A stretch of DNA of 27,139 nt from Synechococcus sp. Its GTDB lineage: Bacteria; Cyanobacteriota; Cyanobacteriia; Thermostichales; PCC-7336. The notes under the pieces were generated by a model that ran no database searches, was not told where the DNA came from, and saw only the letters and a list, made by a program, of their open reading frames with translations. Each line of letters begins with the position of its first letter. Position 1 is the stretch's first letter. The translations under genes were made by a program, and so were the position numbers. The stretch spans positions 1-27,139 of the forward strand of contig JBFRWN010000063.1 of assembly GCA_051439605.1 (NCBI GenBank). The letters run 5' to 3'. This document shows, one piece after another, positions 18,375 to 27,139 of the stretch.

Positions 18375-20243
18375 ATGGCTCAATTGCTTGCAACTAACTT
18401 TTGGCTTGTTCCGTGCTATCCCGTGATTGGGATGTTGCTGTCTTTGCTGTGGTCCCCTGGTGGCATTCGGCGTATGGGGCCGCGTCCAGCTGGTTACGTT
18501 AACTTGTTCACCACCTTTCTGGCATTGCTGCACGGAACCCTGGCATTTTCAACGGTGTGGCAACAGCCAGCTATTCATCTAGAGGTCTCTTGGTTGCAGG
18601 TTGCTGGCCTTAATTTATCAATTCCTCTAGAGATTTCTGCCCTAACCGTTGGAGCCACGACCCTAGTTACTGGGATGAATTTCCTGGCTCAAATCTATGC
18701 CGTTGGCTATCTGGAAATGGATTGGGGGTGGGCCAGATTCTTCGCTTTTCTGTCGTTGTTTGAGGCAGGGATGTGTGGCTTGGTTCTTTGCGACTCACTA
18801 TTTTTCAGCTACATCCTGCTAGAAATATTGACTCTTGGAACCTATTTGCTAGTGGGTTTCTGGCTCAACCAGCCCCTAGTGGTTTCTGGGGCGCGCGATG
18901 CGTTTCTCACCAAGCGGGTGGGAGATCTATTTCTGCTGATGGCGGTGCTGGGATTGTATCCGCTGGCAGGAACTTGGAACTTCACTGAATTAGCAGCATG
19001 GTCCGAGACTGCAGAGTTACAGCCCTTGACTGCAACCCTGTTGGGGTTAGGACTGATTGCGGGACCAATGGGAAAATGCGCCCAGTTTCCCCTGCACCTT
19101 TGGTTGGACGAGGCCATGGAAGGTCCTGCTCCAAGTACGATTTTGAGAAATTCTGTGGTGGTGGCTACCGGGGCATGGGTCCTCATCAAGCTCGAGCCCG
19201 TTTTGTCTCTGTCGCCATTTGTGCTGTCTACCATGATTGCCATCGGTTCCATAACGGCGATCGCCGGCACGTTAATCTCCATCGGTCAAATCGATATCAA
19301 GCGATCGCTGTCCTACACCGTCAGCGCCTACATGGGCCTGATTTTTATTGCAGTCGGTACCCACCACACCGAAACGGCCCTATTGCTGATATCGAGTCAC
19401 GCACTAGCACAGGGGTTGCTGGTTGCCAGCACTGGCTCCATCATCCTCAACGCCATTACCCAGGATTTATCCCAGTTAGGAGGGCTGTGGAGCCGTCGTC
19501 CGATGTCTGGCATGGCCTATCTAGTGGGGATGGCAGGCCTGATCGGTTTGCCTCCGTTGGGGGGCTTCTGGGCGTTACTCAAGCTAACTGACGAACTGTG
19601 GGTCGATAGCCCGGTGCTGGCAGGCATCGTGCTGCTGGTCAACGGTCTAACGGCCTTTAGCATGGTTCGAGAATTCGGCCTAATTTTTGCAGGCAGTTCT
19701 GGACCGATGGCGGGGCGATCGCCCGAAAACCTCTGGCTGGTGACCCTACCGATGATGGTGCTGATGGGGATGACCCTGCACCTGCCACTCATTTTGCAAA
19801 GCTTATCGGTGCTCCCCAGTTGGGCCAGTTTTAGTCCTCTAGTCATGGCATTGCTGTTGACCTCTAGCTTGGTGGGCTGTGGTGCTGCTGCTGCCATCTA
19901 CGTCGGTGAGGCCATTCCCAAACCCATCCGGTTACCGTGGTCGGGCTTGCAAGAGTTGATTTCCTACGACTTCTACACGCCGCAGCTATACCGTTCGACC
20001 GTGGTGTTTGCAGTTGCTTGGATTTCGAAAATAACGGACTGGTTCGATCGCTTCATCATCGACGGTGTCGTCAATCTGGTTGGATTGGGGTCTTTGTTTG
20101 GAGGTGAAACCCTCAAATACGGAAATACCGGTCAGTTACAGGCCTACATCTTGACCATTGCTATTAGCAGCGTGGCGATCGCTTTAGCCATCAACTGGTC
20201 TTCAGTCTCAAAGTTTTTGCTTCCTTTATTCAATATTCAATAG
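18375..20243 (+). CDS. ndhF3: NAD(P)H-quinone oxidoreductase subunit F of the inducible CO2-uptake complex
   Basis: GPRPAGYVN, GYLEMDWGWARFF, ARDAFLTKRVGD, GKCAQFPLHLWLDEAMEGP and YDFYT. It is the first gene of an operon containing cupA and cupS. Confidence 0.95.
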   Translation: MAQLLATNFWLVPCYPVIGMLLSLLWSPGGIRRMGPRPAGYVNLFTTFLALLHGTLAFSTVWQQPAIHLEVSWLQVAGLNLSIPLEISALTVGATTLVTGMNFLAQIYAVGYLEMDWGWARFFAFLSLFEAGMCGLVLCDSLFFSYILLEILTLGTYLLVGFWLNQPLVVSGARDAFLTKRVGDLFLLMAVLGLYPLAGTWNFTELAAWSETAELQPLTATLLGLGLIAGPMGKCAQFPLHLWLDEAMEGPAPSTILRNSVVVATGAWVLIKLEPVLSLSPFVLSTMIAIGSITAIAGTLISIGQIDIKRSLSYTVSAYMGLIFIAVGTHHTETALLLISSHALAQGLLVASTGSIILNAITQDLSQLGGLWSRRPMSGMAYLVGMAGLIGLPPLGGFWALLKLTDELWVDSPVLAGIVLLVNGLTAFSMVREFGLIFAGSSGPMAGRSPENLWLVTLPMMVLMGMTLHLPLILQSLSVLPSWASFSPLVMALLLTSSLVGCGAAAAIYVGEAIPKPIRLPWSGLQELISYDFYTPQLYRSTVVFAVAWISKITDWFDRFIIDGVVNLVGLGSLFGGETLKYGNTGQLQAYILTIAISSVAIALAINWSSVSKFLLPLFNIQ

Positions 20244-20370
20244 TCTTCAGGTTTTCCAGTCCCCTAAGTTTCGCGCCTTATCCAAACGCGTTTAGACGGT
20301 TTAACTCGCCCCTGCTATCCTTTCATCCGCAAATTACCTGTTATCTCTATCCCCATTCAGCCACTTGCCC

Positions 20371-21879
20371 ATGCTCAGTACATTGATTTGGCTTCCTGTA
20401 TTGGGAGCGATCGCGATCGGGATACTCCCCATCCCCCGACAGCAGCTCAAGCTAGCAGCCCTTACCCTGAGTGGTGCCGTGCTGCTGTGGTCGATGTGGT
20501 TGCTCAACCAATTTGACTTTGCCAATCCATTTCTGCAGTTTCGAGAGTTCGTGCCTTGGATTGAACCGCTCGGCCTCAACTATGACCTAGGGGTGGACGG
20601 TCTCTCCCTGCCTCTCCTTGCCCTCAATAGTTTCCTCACGTGGATTGCCATCTACAGCAGCGACGAAAATATCGAGCGCCCCCGTCTGTTTTATGCCCTC
20701 ATCCTGTTGGTGGGTGGGGCGGTCGCCGGTGCTTTTTTGACCCAAAATCTGCTGTTGTTCTTCCTGTTTTACGAAGTAGAGTTGATTCCCTTTTACCTGC
20801 TGATTTCCATTTGGGGAGGAGCAGGAAGAGGGTATGCTGCCACCAAATTCCTGCTCTACACGGCGCTCTCTGGAATTTTGATTCTGGCCGGATTTTTGGG
20901 GTTGGTGTGGGCCACTGGGTCCACCAGTTTCGCCTACGAATCGTTTGCAGGGCAGACTCTGCCGCTGGGTCTGCAAATCTTGCTGTTGGTGGTCCTGCTG
21001 GTGGGCTTTGGCATCAAAGTTCCGCTGGTGCCCCTGCACACCTGGCTGCCGGATACCTACGTTGCGGCCTCTGCTCCCGTTGCCATTCTGTTAGGCGGGG
21101 TCTTGGCCAAGCTGGGGGTATACGGCATTCTTCGCTTTGGCCTCGGGCTGTTTCCCGACGCTTGGACAACCCTCGCACCAGGGCTGGCCACTTGGGCCAC
21201 GATTAGCGTGCTGTACGGAGCTGTGGTGGCGATCGCCCAGAGGGACATCAAGCGGATGGTGGCCTACAGTTCGGTGGGGCATATGGGTTACATCCTGCTG
21301 GGGGGGGCTGCCTCAACCACGCTGGGTCTGGTGGGGGCCGTGGCCCAAATGGTGGCCCACGGGTTGATTTTGGCAATCTTGTTTCACCTTGTTGGTATTG
21401 TGGAAGCCAAGGTGGGTACCCGCGACCTGGATGTACTGAACGGTTTGATGAATCCCGTGCGTGGCTTGCCTCTCATTAGCGCTTTACTCGTACTCAGCGG
21501 TATGGCTAGCGCCGGTATTCCCGGTCTGGCGGGATTCGTGGCAGAGTTTTTGGTGTTCCAGGGTAGCTACAGCGTTTTTCCCGTTCAAACGCTGCTGTGC
21601 GTATTGGGGAGCGGTTTGACTGCCGTATACTTCGTCATCTTGCTCAATCGCACTTGCTTTGGTCGCCTGGATAACGCGATCGCCTATTTCCCCAAGGTGG
21701 AATGGCGGGAGCGAGTGCCCGCTCTGATCTTGGCTCTCACCATTGTGTTTTTCGGGATTCAACCCACGTGGCTAGTGCGCTGGAGCGAGCCGACTACCGC
21801 AGAGATGTTAGCGGCTATGCCCAGACTGCAGTCCGAGCAAATCGTCATGACCGATACTGCACCATTGACCAACAGCTAG
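20371..21879 (+). CDS. ndhD3: NAD(P)H-quinone oxidoreductase subunit D (chain 4) of the CO2-uptake complex
   Basis: LGVDGLSLPL, FYEVELIPFYLLISIWGG, KVPLVPLHTWLPD, KRMVAYSSVGHMGY, LNGLMNPVRGLP and NRTCFGRLDN. It sits between ndhF3 and cupA. Confidence 0.95.
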   Translation: MLSTLIWLPVLGAIAIGILPIPRQQLKLAALTLSGAVLLWSMWLLNQFDFANPFLQFREFVPWIEPLGLNYDLGVDGLSLPLLALNSFLTWIAIYSSDENIERPRLFYALILLVGGAVAGAFLTQNLLLFFLFYEVELIPFYLLISIWGGAGRGYAATKFLLYTALSGILILAGFLGLVWATGSTSFAYESFAGQTLPLGLQILLLVVLLVGFGIKVPLVPLHTWLPDTYVAASAPVAILLGGVLAKLGVYGILRFGLGLFPDAWTTLAPGLATWATISVLYGAVVAIAQRDIKRMVAYSSVGHMGYILLGGAASTTLGLVGAVAQMVAHGLILAILFHLVGIVEAKVGTRDLDVLNGLMNPVRGLPLISALLVLSGMASAGIPGLAGFVAEFLVFQGSYSVFPVQTLLCVLGSGLTAVYFVILLNRTCFGRLDNAIAYFPKVEWRERVPALILALTIVFFGIQPTWLVRWSEPTTAEMLAAMPRLQSEQIVMTDTAPLTNS

Positions 21880-21925
21880 ATTCCCCCATTCTTTCAGCCA
21901 CTCCAACCGACGTCGAGGAATTCCG

Positions 21926-23236
21926 ATGAGCGCCACCGCCACCCCCAATGCCACCACTCCGCTCCCCCCCTCCAATCACCAGTTTGCCGATGTTCTCCAT
22001 CGTCTAGAGGCCGGGGGGTCGATGCTGCCGGATACCCCCGAAAACCTGATGCAAATCATCGGGATCTACAAGGCCTATGCCGTACCGATGGACTTCTACT
22101 GGCGCAATTTGCTCTACATTGCCGAGCGCGTTTTCCTCAATCCCCTACCCGCCTTCAAATACTTCTTGCCCAAAGAGTATTTAGAGCTCAATAACCACTA
22201 TGCGGGAGATGGGGCGGATCTGCGCATTTGGCGGGGAGAGGGTTCTGCCCATCCGGAATTGCTGCAGTTCTTAGAACAGGGGGAACTAAAGAAAAAGCTG
22301 CCCAAAATCTTCCATCATCTGATGCACGATCGCATCAATATGGAATTTGCCGAAGCCTGCATGAGAGCGATGTTGTGGCATCAGGATATGTATGCTCCAG
22401 TCAATAAATTTGACGCCTATCTCGACACTGAGGAATACAAGACGAATGCGGATCGCGCCATCCGCGCCTATTTCAAAGGCAACCCCGTCATGTTGGGTCT
22501 GTACAAGCTGTTCCCCGATATGTTCTTAGAGCAGGTACGGCAACTGTCCTACTACGCCAACCTGGGGTTGTTTTGGGAGGTAATGGCTCCGGTGTTTTTC
22601 GAAATGTCGGACCTCTATGACGAAGGCAAATTCAAAACGGTTACAGATGCCATGGACTTCTTGGTGGATGGCATCTTTGCGATCGCCGGTCGCCCCATTT
22701 ATCACCACGTCTACATCAAGGGGGAATGCTTTGAAATCATCCCCAAGTCCAAAGGGTTTATGTGGCTGTACGAAGCAGCCCTCCCCTATGTGGAGGCAGT
22801 CTTCTACCGCACATCCCCCTTCAGGGGAACTCAGTCCTACAACGCCCAAGCGGCCAAGGTTCCCACCGAACAGCAGAACTTCCACTACGGTATTCTCTAC
22901 GCCGATCTGTTCCCCATCGGTACCGCCGGTATTCCCCCCACATTGCTGATGCAGGACATGCTGCACTTCTTACCCCAATACCTGGTGGATTACTACAAGC
23001 AACATTGCCGGGGGGAGGATGACATGTTGATTCAGTTGGGGGTGAGCTTTCAGCGATCGATGTACAACGTCACCTCTGCTGTGATTCAGGCGCTGCGCGC
23101 TGCCTTGCTCCATCCGCTTGACGATCCCAACCCCGAGCATCTGAAGGCCAATCGCCAGTTCTTCGAAGCACAGCTCGATCGCCTCAAGCGCCCCGAAGCC
23201 CGCCTGCGGGATATCCAGAACCAGGACTACCGTTAA
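21926..23236 (+). CDS. cupA: CO2 hydration protein CupA/ChpY
   Basis: HRLEAGGSMLPDTPENLMQIIGIYKAYAVPMDFYW, HDRINMEFAEACM and GTAGIPPTLLMQDM. The 436-aa length fits CupA rather than the shorter CupB. Confidence 0.97.
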   Translation: MSATATPNATTPLPPSNHQFADVLHRLEAGGSMLPDTPENLMQIIGIYKAYAVPMDFYWRNLLYIAERVFLNPLPAFKYFLPKEYLELNNHYAGDGADLRIWRGEGSAHPELLQFLEQGELKKKLPKIFHHLMHDRINMEFAEACMRAMLWHQDMYAPVNKFDAYLDTEEYKTNADRAIRAYFKGNPVMLGLYKLFPDMFLEQVRQLSYYANLGLFWEVMAPVFFEMSDLYDEGKFKTVTDAMDFLVDGIFAIAGRPIYHHVYIKGECFEIIPKSKGFMWLYEAALPYVEAVFYRTSPFRGTQSYNAQAAKVPTEQQNFHYGILYADLFPIGTAGIPPTLLMQDMLHFLPQYLVDYYKQHCRGEDDMLIQLGVSFQRSMYNVTSAVIQALRAALLHPLDDPNPEHLKANRQFFEAQLDRLKRPEARLRDIQNQDYR

Positions 23237-23300
23237 ATCTGGTTTCCTTTTCTGACACCTGTCTATGTCTCCTTATCCTGTAGTATTCGCGAGAATTGCC

Positions 23301-23702
23301 ATGGCCACCATCGTTGACATTGCCATCGACTCAGACGGTTTTAGCACTCTAGTTGCTGCTGTAGGAGCCGCAGGTCTAGTTGACACCCTCAAAAGCCCCG
23401 GTCCCTTTACCGTCTTCGCCCCCAACGACGAAGCCTTTGCTCAACTCCCCGCTGGAACCATTGACACCCTGCTACAAAATATCCCCCAGCTGACGCGGAT
23501 CCTGAAATATCACGTGGTGGCAGGTCGGTTGACGCAAGCAGATTTGGTCGGCAAAGAATCTGTCACATCACTGGAAGGAACCCCCATTCCGATTAGTGGC
23601 TCGGATGGGTTTGAGGTTAAGAATGCTACGGTTCTGGCGGCAGATATAGAAGCCAATAACGGAGTTATTCACGTTTTGGACCGCGTCCTTCTGATGGGAT
23701 AG
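23301..23702 (+). CDS. cupS: Fasciclin (FAS1) domain subunit of NDH-1MS, 133 aa
   Basis: MATIVDIA...[13 protein letters not shown]...ILKYHVV...[11 protein letters not shown]. It has no signal peptide and directly follows cupA. Confidence 0.9.
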   Translation: MATIVDIAIDSDGFSTLVAAVGAAGLVDTLKSPGPFTVFAPNDEAFAQLPAGTIDTLLQNIPQLTRILKYHVVAGRLTQADLVGKESVTSLEGTPIPISGSDGFEVKNATVLAADIEANNGVIHVLDRVLLMG

Positions 23703-23757
23703 GCATTGTTTGTGACAGAGTTGGAGATCTTTGAGCCATCAAGCACGGTTCATACTC

Positions 23758-25380
23758 TTATCTCAATTCGATAATGGGTTGATTATCCTGTAGGGTTTCG
23801 TTAGTCAATAGGTCCTCCACCGTGACGCACAGCCGCCGTTGCTCGTCCACTTGAAATTGCAGCAGCAGGCGATCGCTCCCTGGCTGCCCCACCGGATTTA
23901 GTTGGGCAATAGTGCGATTTGTTTCATCGTCGTTCAGGGCTTGAACAGGTTTTGCCCGTCCGGAGTCATCCAGCGATCGCTGCCGAGTCACCAGTTGACC
24001 ATCTGAGAAAAACACCTCCACCGCCTCATCCGACTCCCCCAGTTCTCCAACTACGAGTTCGATGCTGGGCTGATTTTCTATCGAGGCTCCCAAAACTAGC
24101 TCTACTGGTTCGGGTAACGGATAGGGCAATCCCGCTTGAATCAAGGGATGCCAATCGTGGCTGTTGGTGCGCTGGTTCCAATAACGAATCCCGTAGCTGT
24201 GATAAAGAAAGTCCCGCACTTCGATACCCCGCCCAATTTGCAATGCCCCTTTGGCGATTGCCTCTAAAGGCTCGGTAGCATAGATATTCTTAGCCCCAAA
24301 TTCTGCTGCCAACCAATCCCGAATAGCAGGAATCTTGCAGGTCCCCCCCACTGCGACTACCGCCTGAATATCCTCTTTGGTCAGCCCCCGCTGCTGAGCC
24401 TGCAGCAACACCTGTTTGAGGGCGGTGCCGAGGCGATCGAAGAGTTTGTTGTGGGTTAACAGCTGCTTGAATTGCGATTGCTTGGCCGACAGCTCCACCG
24501 ACTGAAAAGTCTCGTCGTCGAAGTAAACCTCTTCTGCCTGCTCGTGATTCGACAGGGCAATTTTGACCCGCTCTGCGAGGCGGGTAATCAGGCGGTTATT
24601 GTGCAAATTGTGCTGCTGGCACCAGGCTTCGGCTAACCAGCGATCGAGATCGGCTCCCCCTAGTGTTTGTGCTGCTTTGGCAATCACTTTGGCGGTGGTG
24701 GATTGCTGGCGATCTTTCTTGAGTTTGGCACCGCCCCACTTAACAAATGCCCCCCAAGTACGTCCACCTGTGGTTTTCCCCGGCTGAATTAATGCTAAGT
24801 CGAGGGTGCCCCCTCCAAAGTCCACCACCAGGAAATTTCTATTTTCTATTAGTCCGTAGTCGAGGGCGGCGGCTGTTGGCTCGTCTAATAACTGCAGTTG
24901 GGTCACCCCCAGATTGCCAGCGATCCGACTGAGCCATTCCCGATAGGCTTCGAAGCTATCCACAGGGACGGTAAACACCCAGCTTTGCTCCTCCGACTTG
25001 GTTGCGGGCGCATTAGCAGTGGCCTCCAGTTCCGCCAGCGTAGCTTCCACAACCCTTTTGAGGAACCATTCCCCCACCAATTCGGGGGTGACTTCTACCC
25101 CGTCCAATTCCGGAACGAAGCCGCGTACCTCGACACCGATGCCCCGCTTAAAGTTACGGAAATAGCGCGAATCGCTTTTGATATCTAGGCCGCGATCGCT
25201 CACCGCCTGTCCAATAATGACTGTCCCCGTACTGGCATCCTCCACGTAGACCTGGCTGGGAATGATGGGGGGATTATCTGCATCCTGACGACTAATCTTT
25301 GGCAAGCGCAAAACGGTGACAGTTTCGTCGTGCAGTTGAGCCACAACGGTGTTGCTAGTGCCAAAGTCGATTGCCAACAT
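23758..25380 (-). CDS. Atypical Hsp70-family protein (not canonical DnaK)
   Basis: AIDFGTSNT, FTVP, EPTAAAL.YG, VDFGGGTLD, LGGADLD, AERVKIALS and VGGTCKIP. It is only 540 aa, with a divergent C-terminal domain and no evident helical lid. Confidence 0.9.
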   Translation of the reverse strand: MLAIDFGTSNTVVAQLHDETVTVLRLPKISRQDADNPPIIPSQVYVEDASTGTVIIGQAVSDRGLDIKSDSRYFRNFKRGIGVEVRGFVPELDGVEVTPELVGEWFLKRVVEATLAELEATANAPATKSEEQSWVFTVPVDSFEAYREWLSRIAGNLGVTQLQLLDEPTAAALDYGLIENRNFLVVDFGGGTLDLALIQPGKTTGGRTWGAFVKWGGAKLKKDRQQSTTAKVIAKAAQTLGGADLDRWLAEAWCQQHNLHNNRLITRLAERVKIALSNHEQAEEVYFDDETFQSVELSAKQSQFKQLLTHNKLFDRLGTALKQVLLQAQQRGLTKEDIQAVVAVGGTCKIPAIRDWLAAEFGAKNIYATEPLEAIAKGALQIGRGIEVRDFLYHSYGIRYWNQRTNSHDWHPLIQAGLPYPLPEPVELVLGASIENQPSIELVVGELGESDEAVEVFFSDGQLVTRQRSLDDSGRAKPVQALNDDETNRTIAQLNPVGQPGSDRLLLQFQVDEQRRLCVTVEDLLTNETLQDNQPIIELR

Positions 25381-25827
25381 GATGCCTGTGCTGAAAAGGA
25401 GTAGTGGGTGGGTGGTAATGAAACGGAGATTCTCTTATGGGAGATGTCACACGTACAATCGCTTGAGCCATTGAGCCGCTCGATTACTGTGGCGCTCAAT
25501 GAGTCATATCGTCTCTTATCCCATTGTCCAATCCAATCGCGGTGAAACGTCTGAAACGAACTGAGATAGGCCGATGATTTTATCGCGGCATCACCCCCTG
25601 CCAGTATTTGTCAAATTCTGCAAATAGCGCGATGTGCAGAGATAGGCCAGACTCTATCCCCTCCAAATGGGCTTGTTTCCCGCGTTCAATACCTTTGAGA
25701 GAACTAGCGTTTGTTGGGGTAAAAAATCCGATACTTAGTTAGCTACATTTGTAGTGCCAGACGTGAATGGGTCGAGGAGAGAATATTTTCCATTTCTGAG
25801 TTGAGAATCCGATCACAACGAGTCAGA

Positions 25828-26075
25828 ATGAGCGATACAAGAAAACCCGTCCACTTGATTGCAAGCGCAATCTGGGGCATTGTCTGGATTTCAAGTTTTG
25901 GTGTTGGCCTGAAATCGTACGTTGAATTCCGACAAAACGGCACAATCCAATGGAACGGAGCACAGTTTCGAGATCGGGGGCAATCCTTGTACTTGCTGCA
26001 TGCGGATCTATTTCAGCCTTTGCCCTTGCTTGCACCATTCATCAATTGAGCCGATACAGTTCGCGCAACGAGTAA
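25828..26075 (+). pseudogene. Small two-TM membrane protein gene apparently frameshifted at a G5 run (or a sequencing error)
   Basis: The frame from ATG 25828 encodes a TM segment (LIASAIWGIVWISSFGVGL). Adding one G to the run at 25976-25980 continues into AILVLAACGSISAFALACTIHQLSRYSSRNE* (stop 26073-26075), a second TM segment, giving 82 aa. Confidence 0.5.
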
Positions 26076-26104
26076 ATAAGTCTGCCGCTTAGGGAAATAT
26101 CCCC

Positions 26105-26854
26105 TCACCTTGAACCCACTAGAGCACTGCGAGGGATCCCTAGTGGGCAGGGGTCGGGTCTGCGCAATTCAAAGACCCCGCACCACTGGGTTTCCTCGTC
26201 TAGTTCGGGTAGGGGAACATCACCGTTCAAAGGGGCTAGACGAATAATGTATTCCAGAAAATTATGGGCTTCGCTATCGACATAGTCCTCTTCCAAATAT
26301 GAATCGATCCATTCAGGATACTCTTCTCCAAGATGGGTTCGCTGCCACCAGTTCTCGATCGATTCCTCTTCGTCAGACATTTCATCCCAGGCACAATTCA
26401 CCGTCATGCTGGAGAGAAAGGCATAGATTTCGACTAGATAAGAACCTGGGTCCACCTGAACTTTCTGAAAGAATCTGTAATGGGGATCGGGAGGCTCGAA
26501 TTGGGTAAGGGCAATCTCAAACTCTTCCTCTAGACCACCACCCATAATGAAAAATTCACCGCAGGGTATTTCGAGTTTTGAGCGAATTCGTCCAATCCAT
26601 TCGCCTTTCTCCCGCTCTGTGAGGTCGCCAATCACAACAACTGCATCATCTAAAGCACAATCCCCTGGAAAGTATAAAGGGAGGCAAATGCCATCTTGCA
26701 ACAGCTGATGAATGGTTGATGCCTCGTTGGATTGTAGGGCTTGCTCAATTTGCGCGGGTGATAAATGACTGCCTCCCAGGCTGCTCGACCCCAATACATA
26801 CCAGTATCCATCGTTAAAGAAATTTTCTTTTAAGGGAATAACTTGTCTACCCAT
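26105..26854 (-). CDS. Acidic hypothetical protein, 249 aa
   Basis: Long ORF with GGAG upstream of the ATG and globular-looking composition (D/E- and W/Y/F-rich, 6 Cys). I do not recognise the family. Confidence 0.8.
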   Translation of the reverse strand: MGRQVIPLKENFFNDGYWYVLGSSSLGGSHLSPAQIEQALQSNEASTIHQLLQDGICLPLYFPGDCALDDAVVVIGDLTEREKGEWIGRIRSKLEIPCGEFFIMGGGLEEEFEIALTQFEPPDPHYRFFQKVQVDPGSYLVEIYAFLSSMTVNCAWDEMSDEEESIENWWQRTHLGEEYPEWIDSYLEEDYVDSEAHNFLEYIIRLAPLNGDVPLPELDEETQWCGVFELRRPDPCPLGIPRSALVGSR

Positions 26855-27139
26855 CGATGGTGCTCCATATTTCGCGATCGCGTGTTATCTCTGTGACCTA
26901 TTTCCTTCTTTAGAGCTATAGCCTTATTCAGAGTTTAAGATGAAGTATTTTGGCCGATCAATCGGGTTCGATCGGCGTCGCAGCTTTACCCACGCCAACT
27001 TCCCATTCATTGATTAATGCCTTTAAGTTTTGTTGAGACAACACTTAGCCAATCGGTTTTATTTGATGTTGGCTGTTAACTAGCTTGGCGAATCAAGGCT
27101 GTTAGAGATGGAACCGTTCCCGATAAAAAGGAACTTTTT

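Noticed and set aside
26912..26976. CTATAGCC motif and a GCCGATC/GATCGGC hairpin as a possible IS/MITE end
   Set aside because: There is no partner inverted repeat, target duplication or transposase within the window.

Overview
Cyanobacterial chromosomal window (about 30 copies of the HIP1 octamer GCGATCGC, plant-type ferredoxin, NDH-1(3) CO2-uptake operon). It is mostly housekeeping. Gene order: 5' end of a minus-strand gene running off the left edge; lepB; an orphan PAS-PAS-GAF-GAF-GAF histidine kinase; prfC; a minus-strand queE-queD pair and a conserved hypothetical gene; argJ; tldD; petF with a strong terminator; a 651-aa acidic protein with a C-terminal coiled coil; a highly structured intergenic region; dnaX; a 6-TM K+ channel; ndhF3-ndhD3-cupA-cupS preceded by a perfect NdhR/CcmR-type box; a convergent atypical Hsp70-family gene; and a small accessory-looking right end (a frameshifted small membrane-protein gene and an acidic hypothetical). 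I found no CRISPR array, tRNA, rRNA, transposase or clearly new multi-gene system. The best leads are a multi-hairpin RNA element upstream of dnaX, an SSB-tail-like C-terminus on DnaX, an SD-sequestering hairpin at the left edge, a cyanobacteriochrome-like GAF with Ser at the chromophore Cys position, a proteobacterial-type CX14CX2C queE-queD pair, and a coiled-coil protein with a very long acidic extension. All family assignments come from motif recognition by eye, not from database searches.
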